This document shows, piece after piece, positions 23,935-36,100 of a stretch of DNA of 64,000 bases. Position 1 is the first letter of the stretch, and every line of letters starts with the position of its first letter. Origin of the DNA: Sphaerodactylus townsendi (Eukaryota); NCBI RefSeq assembly GCF_021028975.2, contig NC_059436.1, positions 31,806,001-31,870,000 of the forward strand, read 5' to 3'. The notes beneath the pieces were generated by a model. That model was given only the letters and a program-made list of their open reading frames with translations, had not been told where the DNA came from and did no database searches. The translations under genes and the position numbers were made by a program.

Positions 23935-24188
23935 TTGTGGTGGGTTTTCCGAGCTGTGTGGCCGTGGTCTGGTAGATCTTGTTCCTAACGTTTTGCCTGC
24001 ATCTGGCTGGCATCTTCAGAGGTGTAGCACAGAGGGAAGTCTGTTACACACTGTGTCTAGTGAGAAGGGAATGTTTTGTGGGGTATACATTGTCCATGTC
24101 CCAGGGTGGGGAACCAGTCATTAAGTGTTTGGGTGAAATTTGCTATGCAAAGGTGTGGTTGAGTGCATTGTATTGCGGGTGGGCTTAT
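23935..24188 (-). mobile_element. Penelope-like element fragment
   Basis: Homologous to the arms at 46946-47120 (GGCTGGCATCTTCAGAGG). Degenerate hammerhead core on the minus strand: CTGAAGA-TGCC...GGC-AAAAC. Confidence 0.65.
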
Positions 24189-24736
24189 GAGGCAACTGAG
24201 ACTATTGCAGTACTGCTAGAGCCCATTCAGCACACTGATTTACAATGTGGCATGTAGGAGTGCCAGTGGCAGAAGCCACTCTTGAAATTCAAACCGAACC
24301 CAACAGCCTATAGGAAGGTGACAGAAGAAGTTGTGATACTGCTGCTGGGTGCTTGGTCATATCCAGGTTGCCATCTTTATAGTTTTACCTCTGTGTGGAA
24401 CTAGTAAAATGTCTGCTGGAGATCCTGAGGTGCTGGCTGAGGTTTAGTTTCTTTTTATCCTGCTTTTTATGACTTAAAAGGCAGCACATACAGGAGTCAA
24501 ATTCACATCTGCCATTTAACTCAGTCCCTTAGGGAGGTATTTCTTAGCTGAGCTAGATTCAGGCCCTGTGGCATATTTCCTACTGTCCCTCCAATTGGCA
24601 GCAGGTGGAAGGTTGACCTGGCTGGAACTAAATCCAGGCCCAGTAAATCCAGGCCCAGTAAATAAATAAATAAGACGAGAGAACATAACTGATCCATGCT
24701 TGGACTGAGGTCACATTCCAGTGGAAGGATATAGGT

Positions 24737-25218
24737 CAGTGGTGGCGAACCTACGGCACAAGTGCCAGAGGTGGCACTCAGAGCCCTTTCTGTGGGCACA
24801 TGCACACAGAGTTTGTCATGTGGGGGTGCAGAAAATCATCCCACACACACATCTAGGCTGGCCTGGGCTGCTGGGCATGACGTGCGCGCACCGTGTCAAG
24901 CAGATAGGACTAGGCTGGGAGGGCTGGTGCCTATGCTTACTCCTTTACCTAGGAGTAAGCTCGGTTGCTGGCAATGGGGCTTGCTTCTGAGTAAACCCTC
25001 CTAGGGTGGTGATTCACCCATTGCATGGTTGCTTCAAAGCAAAGCCAACAACTACCACCAAGCTTATTCCCGAGTAATGCATACCTTGGAGCCAACTGTT
25101 TTTTCTAAACTAAAACCTCAGTATTCAGGTTAAATTGCCGTGTTGGCACTTTGTGATAAATAAGTGGGTGTTGGGTTGCAGTTTGGGCACTCTGTCTCGA
25201 AAAGGTTCACCATCACTG
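24737..25218 (+). mobile_element. Non-autonomous hAT DNA transposon (same family as 551-1021)
   Basis: TIR CAGTGGTGGCGAACC...GGTTCACCATCACTG; imperfect TSD (ATATAGGT / TCATAGGT). Confidence 0.85.
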
Positions 25219-27143
25219 TCATAGGTTGAGTATATTCATGGAGTCAGCACTACAGTATGTTCAGGGCAACATTTAAGCAGCTGCCCTGGACAGGAAAGAT
25301 CTGGCTAAAGATACGCATGCCCTACTGACCTCCTGCTTGGGTTTGCTATTTGTGGGTTTAACTGAAAATGTTTAACTACACTAACCTGCCTATCAGGAAT
25401 GGTGGGATATAAATGTTTTAACAAATAAATACATAAAACACTTTATATAGAGTTGTGTTTGGACTTGGTTGGCATTGTGCTGGCTCGGGGAGTTAACTTT
25501 GCTTCTACTGGTGGTATCAGCAAGACACACTACTGGGGTGGGGAGGGGGAGTGGAATTCAAGCTTAGTTCCAACACTTGTAGAGACAGGAAAACAGAAGA
25601 GAAAGATCCAATCCTCCACTGGCATGATCCACCACTAGCTCTAGGAAGAAAGGAACCCCTGTACTCTTGTTGAAGAAATAAGGTAGATTTGGCCTCTGGG
25701 CTCCAAATGGTATGTCTGCTTAAGCCAACTGCAGCATTTGCTGAAACAGGCCAATTAAAATTAATCCACAAATGTAGCTGCATTTGCCTCCTTGCAAAAA
25801 AGTTGGACAGGCAAGGAGCTCATCCTAACCCAAAGCAAGCTGAGCTGTGACTGGCTAGCAGAACAGACTCCTTTTTCCAGCTGGTCTTTCATCACAGACA
25901 TTCAATGAACCTCTCCCACTCTTTAGCCTCCTCACTAGCACATGTAGTGGAGAGCGGCTTGGGAGTTGGACAGCACAGTAGCACCAGCTCATTCTCCACG
26001 TATATGCTCAGGCACATGAGCCAACGTTGCGAGCATACGATACTAGTTGCACCGCAACAGTCAGATAGGAAAAATACAAGCAAGTTCTTAGCCTGGCCAG
26101 CTTCAACTCTTCAACAGTGCCGCCTTTTCCAGCTAGCTTAAAGGTCAATCTGTGGGCTGGAATGCAGCGGGGGGGGGGGGGATGTGCCTGCCTCCCCTCC
26201 CCCTCTTTTTAACAGTTTTTTTTTCTTTTATCAAGACTCAATAGCTAACACACCACCTCTGAAACAAACAGAGTGAAGCCAGGCTTAGATTTAAGAACAC
26301 ATATTTAATTAATATACATTCAAAACACACTCAAAATACAACATAACTCAAATCATGTTAGATAACCAAGTCTGGCTCTTTGGGGACAGAGACCCAAAAA
26401 AGGGGAGGACATTTAGTTGCAAGGTTCTGGCTTTCTCCCCTTGCAACTCTTAAGCAGCAAGGCAACACAACAAGTTTCTGAGATGCTGTAAACAAGCTGG
26501 AAGGGACATCTGCTCAAAGTTCAGCAAATTGTTGCACCAGTCTTTTTTTATAACGTCCCAACTTCTGCATGCTGATGCACCAAGCTGCCCTTGTTCTTCT
26601 GCCACTTCAAGACTTCCATGAAGTTGTGGTGGTGAGGACACGTGATGGTGGGGGAGGTGACTGTTCTTGATACAAACACCTGAATTGAGCAAGATACTCA
26701 GACACAGTTCAAGAGTCAGCAAGGAAAAACTGTTGTCACTATTTTAAGTCAAGGCACCATGGGAGGGGCGCACAGGCAAGAGAGCTAACCCCACCAAGGG
26801 ACAGGAAGTACCAAGGCTGCCAACAGCTCAGCTGCCAATAGCACACAAGGTTGCCAGCCAGTAACCAGATTCCTCCTCAGTTGTTCCCCCCGCAACCAAG
26901 AAGAGGCGCATTTCAAAAAAAACCCAGCTGTCATCATCTCCCCAGAAGGGGCTAATTTCAGGAGGGTAAAAACCGTTACTTGCACTGAGAAGCAACTCAT
27001 TAGGGGCAACTTTGACTGTGTCCAATTGCAGGGGTGGGAACCTACTCCCAGCTCCCTTAACAGGGTCAGCAATACAAGTTGTGAAGCACCATTCCCCATG
27101 CCACGTGCCAATTCATTTGCCCAAGAAAGTTCTCTGAAGCAGC

Positions 27144-30100
27144 CTAGCTGTCCTGATCCACCACCTTCTTCCTTGGGCGGCTTCTCACCAGTCGAGTGGA
27201 ACTCTGTAATTAGAAAGGGGACATGTGAAACAGGGTGGCTGTCATTTCTCCTTAAATACTTTCAAACCAAGAGCCAAAGTTTAAGTCAGCCAGGCAGATG
27301 GCAACACTCCCCTCCCCACATCAGTACTAGGAGATGCTACTTAAGGTTCTGGACCTCCACCTGAATTGTGTATACAACCAATGGATGTCTTACCTCCTTG
27401 GTCAAAGGCTTTTTCTTCACCATCCGAAGGCTCTGAGTCCTAGACAGTGGCTTGGAAATCAAAGAGTCCTTGCTGCGGCCTTTGGGCCCAGGGGAGAGTT
27501 GAGAATCTGACCAGCAGTCCTCCTCGTTGCTGTCATACTCTACCTGTCGGGCAGCAGTCCTGTGTCTGACAGGACGAGGCGCTGCTGTTAGAAGATAAGA
27601 ACAAAGTGCCCTGATCAAAGCAAATGCAGTGATTGATCCACAAGGCCCTGTTTAGAATAACCTCATTTTGTACGCTAGGCACTGAAGTGCCATCAATGAA
27701 CAACAGCTGTGATTTGCCTCTGGAAAACACCCAGGTTTGTCTTTTGGAAAACCCCTAAGAAGGCAAAAGGGCAAAAGACTCGGAGGTAACACAAATGGAG
27801 ATCACAAAACTCACAGCAGACTGTAGACACAAGAACTGACAAGAAAAACACGAAACGGAAAAAATCCTGTCAAGACTGCTTGGAGCCCTAGACAAGCACT
27901 GCTCTCCCTGCTGAGGCAGGAAAAATACTGGGGATCTAAGATGGATGCCAAGCCTGCCACAGGAAGTAGCAACTTTCAGTTCCTGCCTCCCTGACAATGG
28001 GTTGGAAATCACCCATCCAAGATGCCCGAGATCGCCTCCAGGAGAAAAAAGCAGCTCTCACTGGCTCCTGCCAGTACCATTTCAAACCCAGCATAATGTA
28101 CATCCCACCCTCCAAGGCACTCAGGGGGGCACTTGAGTATTATATCAAGGACAGAACATCAGACTGCAAATCAAACATGGGGCTCCCAATTCTACATTGT
28201 CCCAGAGAAGGTTGGAGGGGAGAGGCCACTTGCAGATTACAAGCAAGAGGTTCAAACCTCTGCCCATGCTTGCTGTTTCTCCCCTGCAAGCCCCTCCCCC
28301 CCATTACATCATTGCTTCTCTCAGTCCAGCCACAATGAATTAACAGTCTGGGATGTGGGGCTCTTGCATGGGAGAACTGGTCAGAACAGAAAGAGTTAAG
28401 TGCACAGCCACACTCCATCCCCCCAGATCTGTGTTTGGGAAACCAGTTTGCCAGCATAACATGTGTTGTGCTTGTCCAAGGTCATCCAGGCTGGGCTACA
28501 TCAACAAGGCTCCGCCCTTGGCTTGCCTGGAGCCAGGTGCCATGGGGCTCCGCCCCACCATTGCACCTGGCAAGTGATCTGAGGAGAGAAAAGAAGCATT
28601 TCCTCATATTCCCCTCCCCTTTCCTATTTTTCTACTTTGAGTATTGTATTCGTGTGCCTCAAACACTGCAGCCGAAAAACAATGTAGATAAAATCAAAGC
28701 AAGGGTTGCAGATTTGTACTTCTTGGGCAACAAAAAGTTGGGCAACAATCTCTGGGCTTCTATTTTAAGAGGTGTGATCTTGTTTGTTTTTAGTTTCTTT
28801 TCCTATTTGCCTTCTGATTCAAGCCATTCAGACCCTCCTCCCTTTATCACCTTCTCAGAACCTGCAAGGGCAGAGAAAGGCACACAGATTGGCCAGGCTC
28901 TTACTTCTTGGTGGCCGCGGCTCCTGCTCTTCCAGGTAAAGGGGATCCGAAAAGTGAACCGGGCTTGTATCAGGAATCGAAGTCAGGTCCTGCATGCTGA
29001 AGCTCCGCAGTCGGCCAGCCAGGGCACCCTGGCTCTGGAGAGGAGCGAGAAAATGGTAAGCTACACGGAAGATTCCTAGCCAACTTTCCAGAGGTGAAAA
29101 GGGTGCAAGAAGAATCCACAGTGGAACTTACCAGAAAATTTCTTCTGCCAAGGAAAAGAAACTGCAACCCAACATTAACACACTTCACTATGGCGAATTA
29201 ATAATTCAGAATTTCTACAGAAGGGGGTTTATTTTTGCTGATTTTCCCTCCCAAAAGAGACCTCTGATTCCCTCCTCAAGCTATTCGAAGGGATTCCCAG
29301 TCCCCAGAGTAGCATTTCAGGGGCTGTTTTGGGATGCTGCAGGAAGGGGCAATTAAAATAAAAAATCACCCATCCACTTTGCATGCAAGGAAATTCTTGG
29401 CAGGGTGCACGCCAGTGTCCACATTCATTTGAAGGAGTGTTTAAAGACTCATTGGGACAGAAGGGATCCTGGAAAAGTTAGGGATAGCAGGAAAGACCAC
29501 CAGTGACTGAGAAGATCAAGCACAAGGCAGTCGTAAGTCAAGGTTAAAACCATGAGCAGAAGTTAGGCATAAGGCCTAGGAAGGCTGGACAGAAGAGAGG
29601 GAGAAGAGATGAGACATCCTGTAGTCTAGAATGTGGAAACAACACCCTTCTCCTAAGAAGCTCCACAGCTAGACATCAATGCAATCCCCACCCATTCCAC
29701 TGATTGGACCTCAGCCTGCTGGCAAACCCCGACTTAACTCCTTCTGCAAGAAAACCCATCCATAGATACACTCAAAGGACTGCTCCCACTTCAGTAGGGC
29801 GCTACCAAAACTAATTTCGCAGCTGGGGGAAGGGATACCACATCCTGGCCAGGCAACTGGGTTGGTGGTCACGCCTTTTAAGATCTCAGCACCGAAAGCA
29901 GAAGGAGGGAGAACTGCTCTGATTGGAAAAGGGGGAGGACAAAGAGGGGAAAGGCCTGGCCACACTTCGGACAACTGAGTGGTCTAGGCCTCTTGCCAGG
30001 GCAGAGATCCTTGCTGACATCCATGCCGTGGAGAGCCCATATTAAACCTATGCTCCATCAGCTGAATTGAAGAATGGAGAAGAGTTTGGATTTATACCCC

Positions 30101-33100
30101 ACTTTTCTCACAGTGACTGACAAACTCTTTCCCTTCCTCTCTCCACAACAGATACCTTGTAAAGCAGGTGGGGCTGAGGGAGTTCTGAACAAACTGTCAT
30201 TAGCCCAAGGTAACCCAGCAGGAATGTAGCAGAGGGGAAACAAATCTGGTTCACCAGATAAGAGTCTGCCACTCATGAGGAGGGGAAATCAAACTTGGTT
30301 CTCCAGATGAGAGCCCACCTGTTCTTAAACACAACACCACGCTGGCTCTCATTGGTTCCAAGAGGAGTACCAGATTAGGTTCAAGGTATTAGTGTTAAAT
30401 TACAAAGCCCTAAATAGTGTGGGAAGACCTCTCCCAATATATCCCCAGAGAGCATTATGCTCAGCAAACAACACTTACTGGCAACCCCTGGCCTAAAAAA
30501 TATCTGGCTGTCATTTTCAGCTCTGGTCCCGGCCTGGTGAAACGCTCAGTCTAACGAGACCAGGGCTCTGCGGGATTTTATCGCAGTTCTGCAGTGCCTA
30601 CGACAAAGCTGCTCTGCCAGGCATATGATTAAGGGCAGTGACAATTTTTATCCATCTTAGCTGGCCTCCCTTCCCCTCTCCCCCTTTCTGTTTGTTTGGT
30701 TTTCTTTATTAATATTTTTAGTATGGTTACATTTAGATTATTCCACCCTTCATTGAGTTTATTTAAAGTGCCACAGTTTGTAGCTTTTATAGCTTATTGT
30801 TATATTGATTTTAATGAAAATGTAAATATTGTAAACTGTTCTGAACCTCTGGTGACAGGAAGAGTGATCTAGAAATCTAATAAGCAAATAAATAAAAAAA
30901 ATGCCCACTGACCAGGCATAAGAGGCCTGGGGGAAGGATTAAAAGGAGGCAGGTGCCAACCCAAAGAGGAAGAGGTGGAACACCATGGTAGTGGTAAAGG
31001 TACCCGTTAAAAGGAGGAGGGGCAATGCCCCTTACCTCTCCATTCTAAGGTCCCTCAAGCCCCTATTTTTAGGGTAATGGGAGCATGGCTGGTATGTTGA
31101 GGAGGCCTCACTGCCATTAGATATGGCAGGACCTCACAGCCATCTCACTTCAAAGAGCCAGAAAAAACATAATTACCTTGGCTGCAGCTTGGACAGCAGC
31201 TGTGGCCGCCACATTTAGGCTTCTCTTCCCAAAGCTCACCAGAGTCTCATAGCCACGCTCTTTGGCTTGCACAATGAATTGGTCGATTTCCTGTAAAAAC
31301 AGTGCGTGTGGGGGGAACGTGAATGTCTATGTTTAAATTAACTTGGATGAAAAGTAGCAGCAGAAAGCCACTTTGCTTACTGGCTGACCAAATCCACCTG
31401 TGCCCAACACTACCCTTGATGGTTTGCATCACAGCAGACAGGCAGCATCCGTCACTGGAGGAAGCTTCACCCACTGGACTGTCTGCAAGCTGATGAGCAG
31501 CGCTCCGAAAGGCCACATCTGCCCACATGATACAGGCCAGAATGGCTTATGTGCATTTCCCTGAATGTGCCTATTTTCACACTTCCAAGGAACAAACAGC
31601 AACAGCTTCCTGGATAGCAGATGGCAACCACTCTTGAATCCAGAGTCGGCTTGATAACAGAGCAAGAAGCTCAGTGGATGCCAGATTCAGCACCCTCCCA
31701 GCCCACATGACAGCCTGGACTCTTCTCTAACAAGCAGTGCTAGATGGTATTTACCTTCTCCTTGTGAGATAATGTAGGATGTATGAACTTGCGGTACAGC
31801 AGGCTTGCCCCCCTTGTATAAGGAGACAGGAGCCATACTACAAAGGCCATCTTGATCTCGTAGTAGAAGGGAAACCTGGGCAGAAGACATGACAATCAGG
31901 CCAGGTTAGCCACAGGAGGGCTTGGAAATGCTCAATATCAGCCTTACATCCAAGATACTCTTTTCCCAGTTTGGCAGAGCCTCCCAAAGGTTCTAGAGTA
32001 CATGTGGACTCACGGCCCTCCAGATGTTATGGACTACAGTCCCCATCATCTCCTGCCAGCATGATGCTGGCAGGGGATGATGGGAACTGTAGTCCATAAC
32101 ATCTGGAGGGCTGCAAGTTTGACACCTATGTTCTATCTAGAGCATCACTGCAAAACTCTGTCTCGCTGTGCTCATGTGCCTGCTTTAAAACTGCAAAGAT
32201 GGGTTAGTATAAAAGAGCATGGCTTTCCAGTTAACACAATAACTGATTGTAAAACTGTTGCAGTTCATCAACTACTTGGACACTGCTATGGACATTATAC
32301 ATACATACATAAGCCTTTATTGGCATAAACAGAAAAAGTTACATAAATCAGGAACAATTGCATGGATACATAATAGATAAAGGCCCCACGGGGAGCACAA
32401 CAAATACGTTCTACTGGGAACTCTCAACTATCTCCGCAGTGAAATTGGCGATCTCGTCACAAAGACCGGGGTCCGAGTTGTTTAACAATAGAGATAACCT
32501 AATCAGATCAGGCAGCCCAGATTGGAAGAAAAAATGTAAGTTGGTATATTTAGATCTGACGTTATCAAATCTGGTGCAGTGCAAGAGTTGGTGAGTCAGG
32601 GTTTCAACCACATTAAGTTTGCAACTGCATAACCTTGCGGATTTATCTAAATTGCTGAACCTACCCATTAATAGGGCAGAGGGCATAACGTTAAAACGCG
32701 CAATGGTAAGGGCTCTCCTTGCGCGAGGGTTCCTTAAGGAATGGAGGTAATAGGCCATACGTCTCTGCTCAAATGGAATTAGGAGTTGTGTTGGGGAGCA
32801 GGTTCATTTGGCTGCTAGATGCAAATTTGCAAATTCTAGATCTAAAAGCCGATCTCTGAGCCTATTGTACGCTTCTGAATAGGAAATTAGGTAGAGTGTT
32901 TCAATAGGCAGGCCGATGGAAATAATCTTTCTCTTGATTAGAGAAAACCAGGGGTTAGCCTGCGTGTCCTGTAGTGTCAATGAGACAAGAGAGCGTTCGA
33001 ATGGCAGGTAGTGAAGGCGGAGCCAAAATCTAAAGGCAGTAAGCCAAGCTCTATGTTCCATGGTGTTTTGCCCCAGTTCTAAACACAGGGCTGCGTAAGG

Positions 33101-36100
33101 GATGCAGTTTGGAACTCCCATTATTTGGTGGAAAAACTTGGATTGGGGGACATTCAGAGCTTGGTTCACTGCTTGGATCCAGATGGGTACCCCATAGAGT
33201 AGTTGGGATTCAACCTTTGCATTGAAGATCCTTAATGCAGCCGGAACAAATGAGTGCCCTCTGCTATGAAAGAATCGAAGGATTCCAGAGATACTAGGGG
33301 AGGACAGAGTGAGTGCTGCCTTTTGGTGCAAGGACCAGGAAAGATTGTGTGAAAAGGTGATGCCAAGGTATTTAAAACAATAAACTTGCTCAGGAAGTAC
33401 ATTGTTTAGTTTCCAGAAATATTTTTTGCGGGATCTAGCAAAAACCATGATTTTGGTTTTCTGATAGTTAATTGTTAATTTGTTGGTGTTACAGTACTCA
33501 GAGAATTGTTTCATGAGCCGCTTTAGACCCACCCTGGAACGTGAGATGGACATTATAATATTAAAGATATTCAGGGGGGTTAAACCACAGCCATGTAATC
33601 TTATCTCTATTAATCTGTGTAGTAATTTTAAATACATCCATATTTTTAATGAGAGATAGAACAAGATTAATCCACACCATAGCAAGTGCAGGGTGGTTCA
33701 CTTGTCGGATGCTTCACTGCTGACCCAGATCATTCATCAGCCCACACCAGATCCAGAAAAAGTGAGTCACGTACATTGGCCCAGACCTAGTTTGCACCTC
33801 AGCCCACACAAAATTGTCACCTATGGATCCATATTTCAGAATACAGACACGCACAAGCACCTTCTCTGTCTAGGACTCCATAAACAAAAGCATGACATTT
33901 GCAGTTCCAATAAAGGGAGACCCACCAACTTGCTATATGTAAATCCATGCATCAGCTTTAGTGGAAGGCACAGTTGATGTGTTGTTACTAAAGTTCACAG
34001 GTCAGACCCTACTGGCCACATGGTGAAAGTACTTGAGTGATCAATCAAATGGCACCTGAGTATTTTTGACAAATAATTTAGTAGAACGCAGAGAGATGCA
34101 CAGTGATTTTTACCCATTCTAAAAAAACTACACTGAACTTCTGAAATCAAGTTGCAAGACTCTAATCAATAATTGCCACCAGGGGTCTGAAAATGACAAT
34201 GTTGTCAAGAGAGATAAAAATTCCCCCAGGAACAGTTACATCAAAGGAATGACAAAGATTATAATAAAGAAAAGGATTTTTAAAAAGCATAGTTCAATGA
34301 CAGTGATATCAGCAAGCATTTTACACCTTGGGTGCAGTCATATCCACGACAGAGCTTCAGAGATAGCCTTAATTGATTAAAAGCAGCCACATCAACAGGT
34401 AGCAAGATTGCCCAAAAAAAAGGGGGGGCCAGTAAAGTCTGGCAGTGTATGCTGCAAAGGGTCTCCCTTTTCCTTTCTCTCTGGCAGCATTTTGAGAATA
34501 TAAATTCAGTTACTAAAGGCTGCAAAAAACATATCCAGCCAAAACCCTGGAGCTTTTGGCCAACAAAGGTGAAAATCAGAATCAGGCACTAAGCATGACT
34601 TGTGGAATTGGAGAATGAAAGGGAACAGCAAAAGCTCACCAGGAAATGAAGATATCAGCCACAGTTTCTGTAGCCATGAATAGGGCAAACACAATCCAAT
34701 ACATCATCCAGCGCACCTGTAAGGATACACGGTAGAAGAATTAAAGGACATTGACTTTCCCCTCCCCCACAATAAAGAACCACAGGGCAGGAGAGCAAAG
34801 TCATTGCAGAACCTGGCCTCAGACATTCCAGTATTTTACTTCAGCTTAGGGATACTACATGCCCACCCAGCTGTAGTATCTCTGAAGAATTTATATGCCA
34901 CCTACCCAGAGTGGTGTTCAGGCAGCTTACGGATAAAAACACCACCATAACAGTATACATTATCCATATAAAAACAAAACGAGCCATTAAAAGCACATAC
35001 AGTGCTTCAAAGCCATTAAAAGCACATACTGTGCTTTCAAGCACATACAGTGCTTTAAAAAATTTAAAAAATGAAATAGGTTGGTAATTATTTGAAAATA
35101 AACAAATCAAAATCCCCCCAAAAACCCACATTGAAATCAGCTCACCTTATTAAACAAAGAGACTTTTGCAACCTAATGGTGAAAAGAAATATACAAGCAT
35201 GCTCTGCAGTCAAAACAATGCCCAAGGTATGAAAAGCAGAGGTAGCTGCCCCAGAAATCATAGCCCAACAGCCCACCCCATACATTTGCTCAGAGACTAC
35301 TCTTTAGGCTCACAAACTTCTACGTCTCACTCCATGAATCACCTTCCCATAACTACTTGGAGCAAGAATTCCCTCCATTGTTCTCAGCACCAACTTACAT
35401 ATTCCCGGATATTCTTTGTTTTCACAGCCTTGTAGGAGGCATAGGCAGGATACAGCATCCCAAAGAGCAGCCTGTAATGGAAAGGAGGGGTCAAGCAAGC
35501 CGGCCACCATCTGTACAATCCTGCCAACAGCCAGAGGCAGCTCCGCCGGCCCCAGCGTTGTAGTTTGGCCTTCACGGCTTCAAAAACCACAGTGGTCCCT
35601 GGGAGGGGTGCTTCTGTTTGCCCTGGAGCCGGAGAGGAAGGCATGGCTCAGCCCAGCTTGAGAGGCTGCCTTCTCCCTGCAAAAAGGTGCTGGACCTGGC
35701 CAACCAGGCTGCACTGACACAGAGACAGATGCAAGTTACTCCCAAGGATAAGCTGATCATTTATGTGACCTCCCCCTTCCCACACACATGGCTGCTGTTG
35801 CACAAGTGGAGACAAGACCAGCTCTGCAACATCAGAGGCGATGCTTCCTTGTAAACAAGAGGATGGGCCAGGGCACCACAACCTGACCAGTTGCTTCCTA
35901 GAGGAAGAGCCAAGTGGCTTGAGGCAACAGTTAAGAGTGCTGGATCTGAAAGGTTCAAATCCCCACTCTACCACACAGCTTGAGAGCCAGCATGGTGTAG
36001 CAGGGGTAGGGAACCTGCGGCTCTCCAGATGTTCAGGAACTACAATTCCCATCAGCCCCTACTAGGCCATGCTGACAGAGGCTGATGGGAATTGTAGTTC

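Noticed and set aside
28435-29079. 214-aa plus-strand ORF
   Set aside because: Antisense to REEP4 exon 6 and its intron, with no coherent protein features.
34984-35056. Short tandem duplications (also 13081-13117, 17221-17262, 24628-24662, 38950-39035)
   Set aside because: Ordinary slippage duplications with 2-3 units and no spacer structure; not CRISPR-like or otherwise organised.
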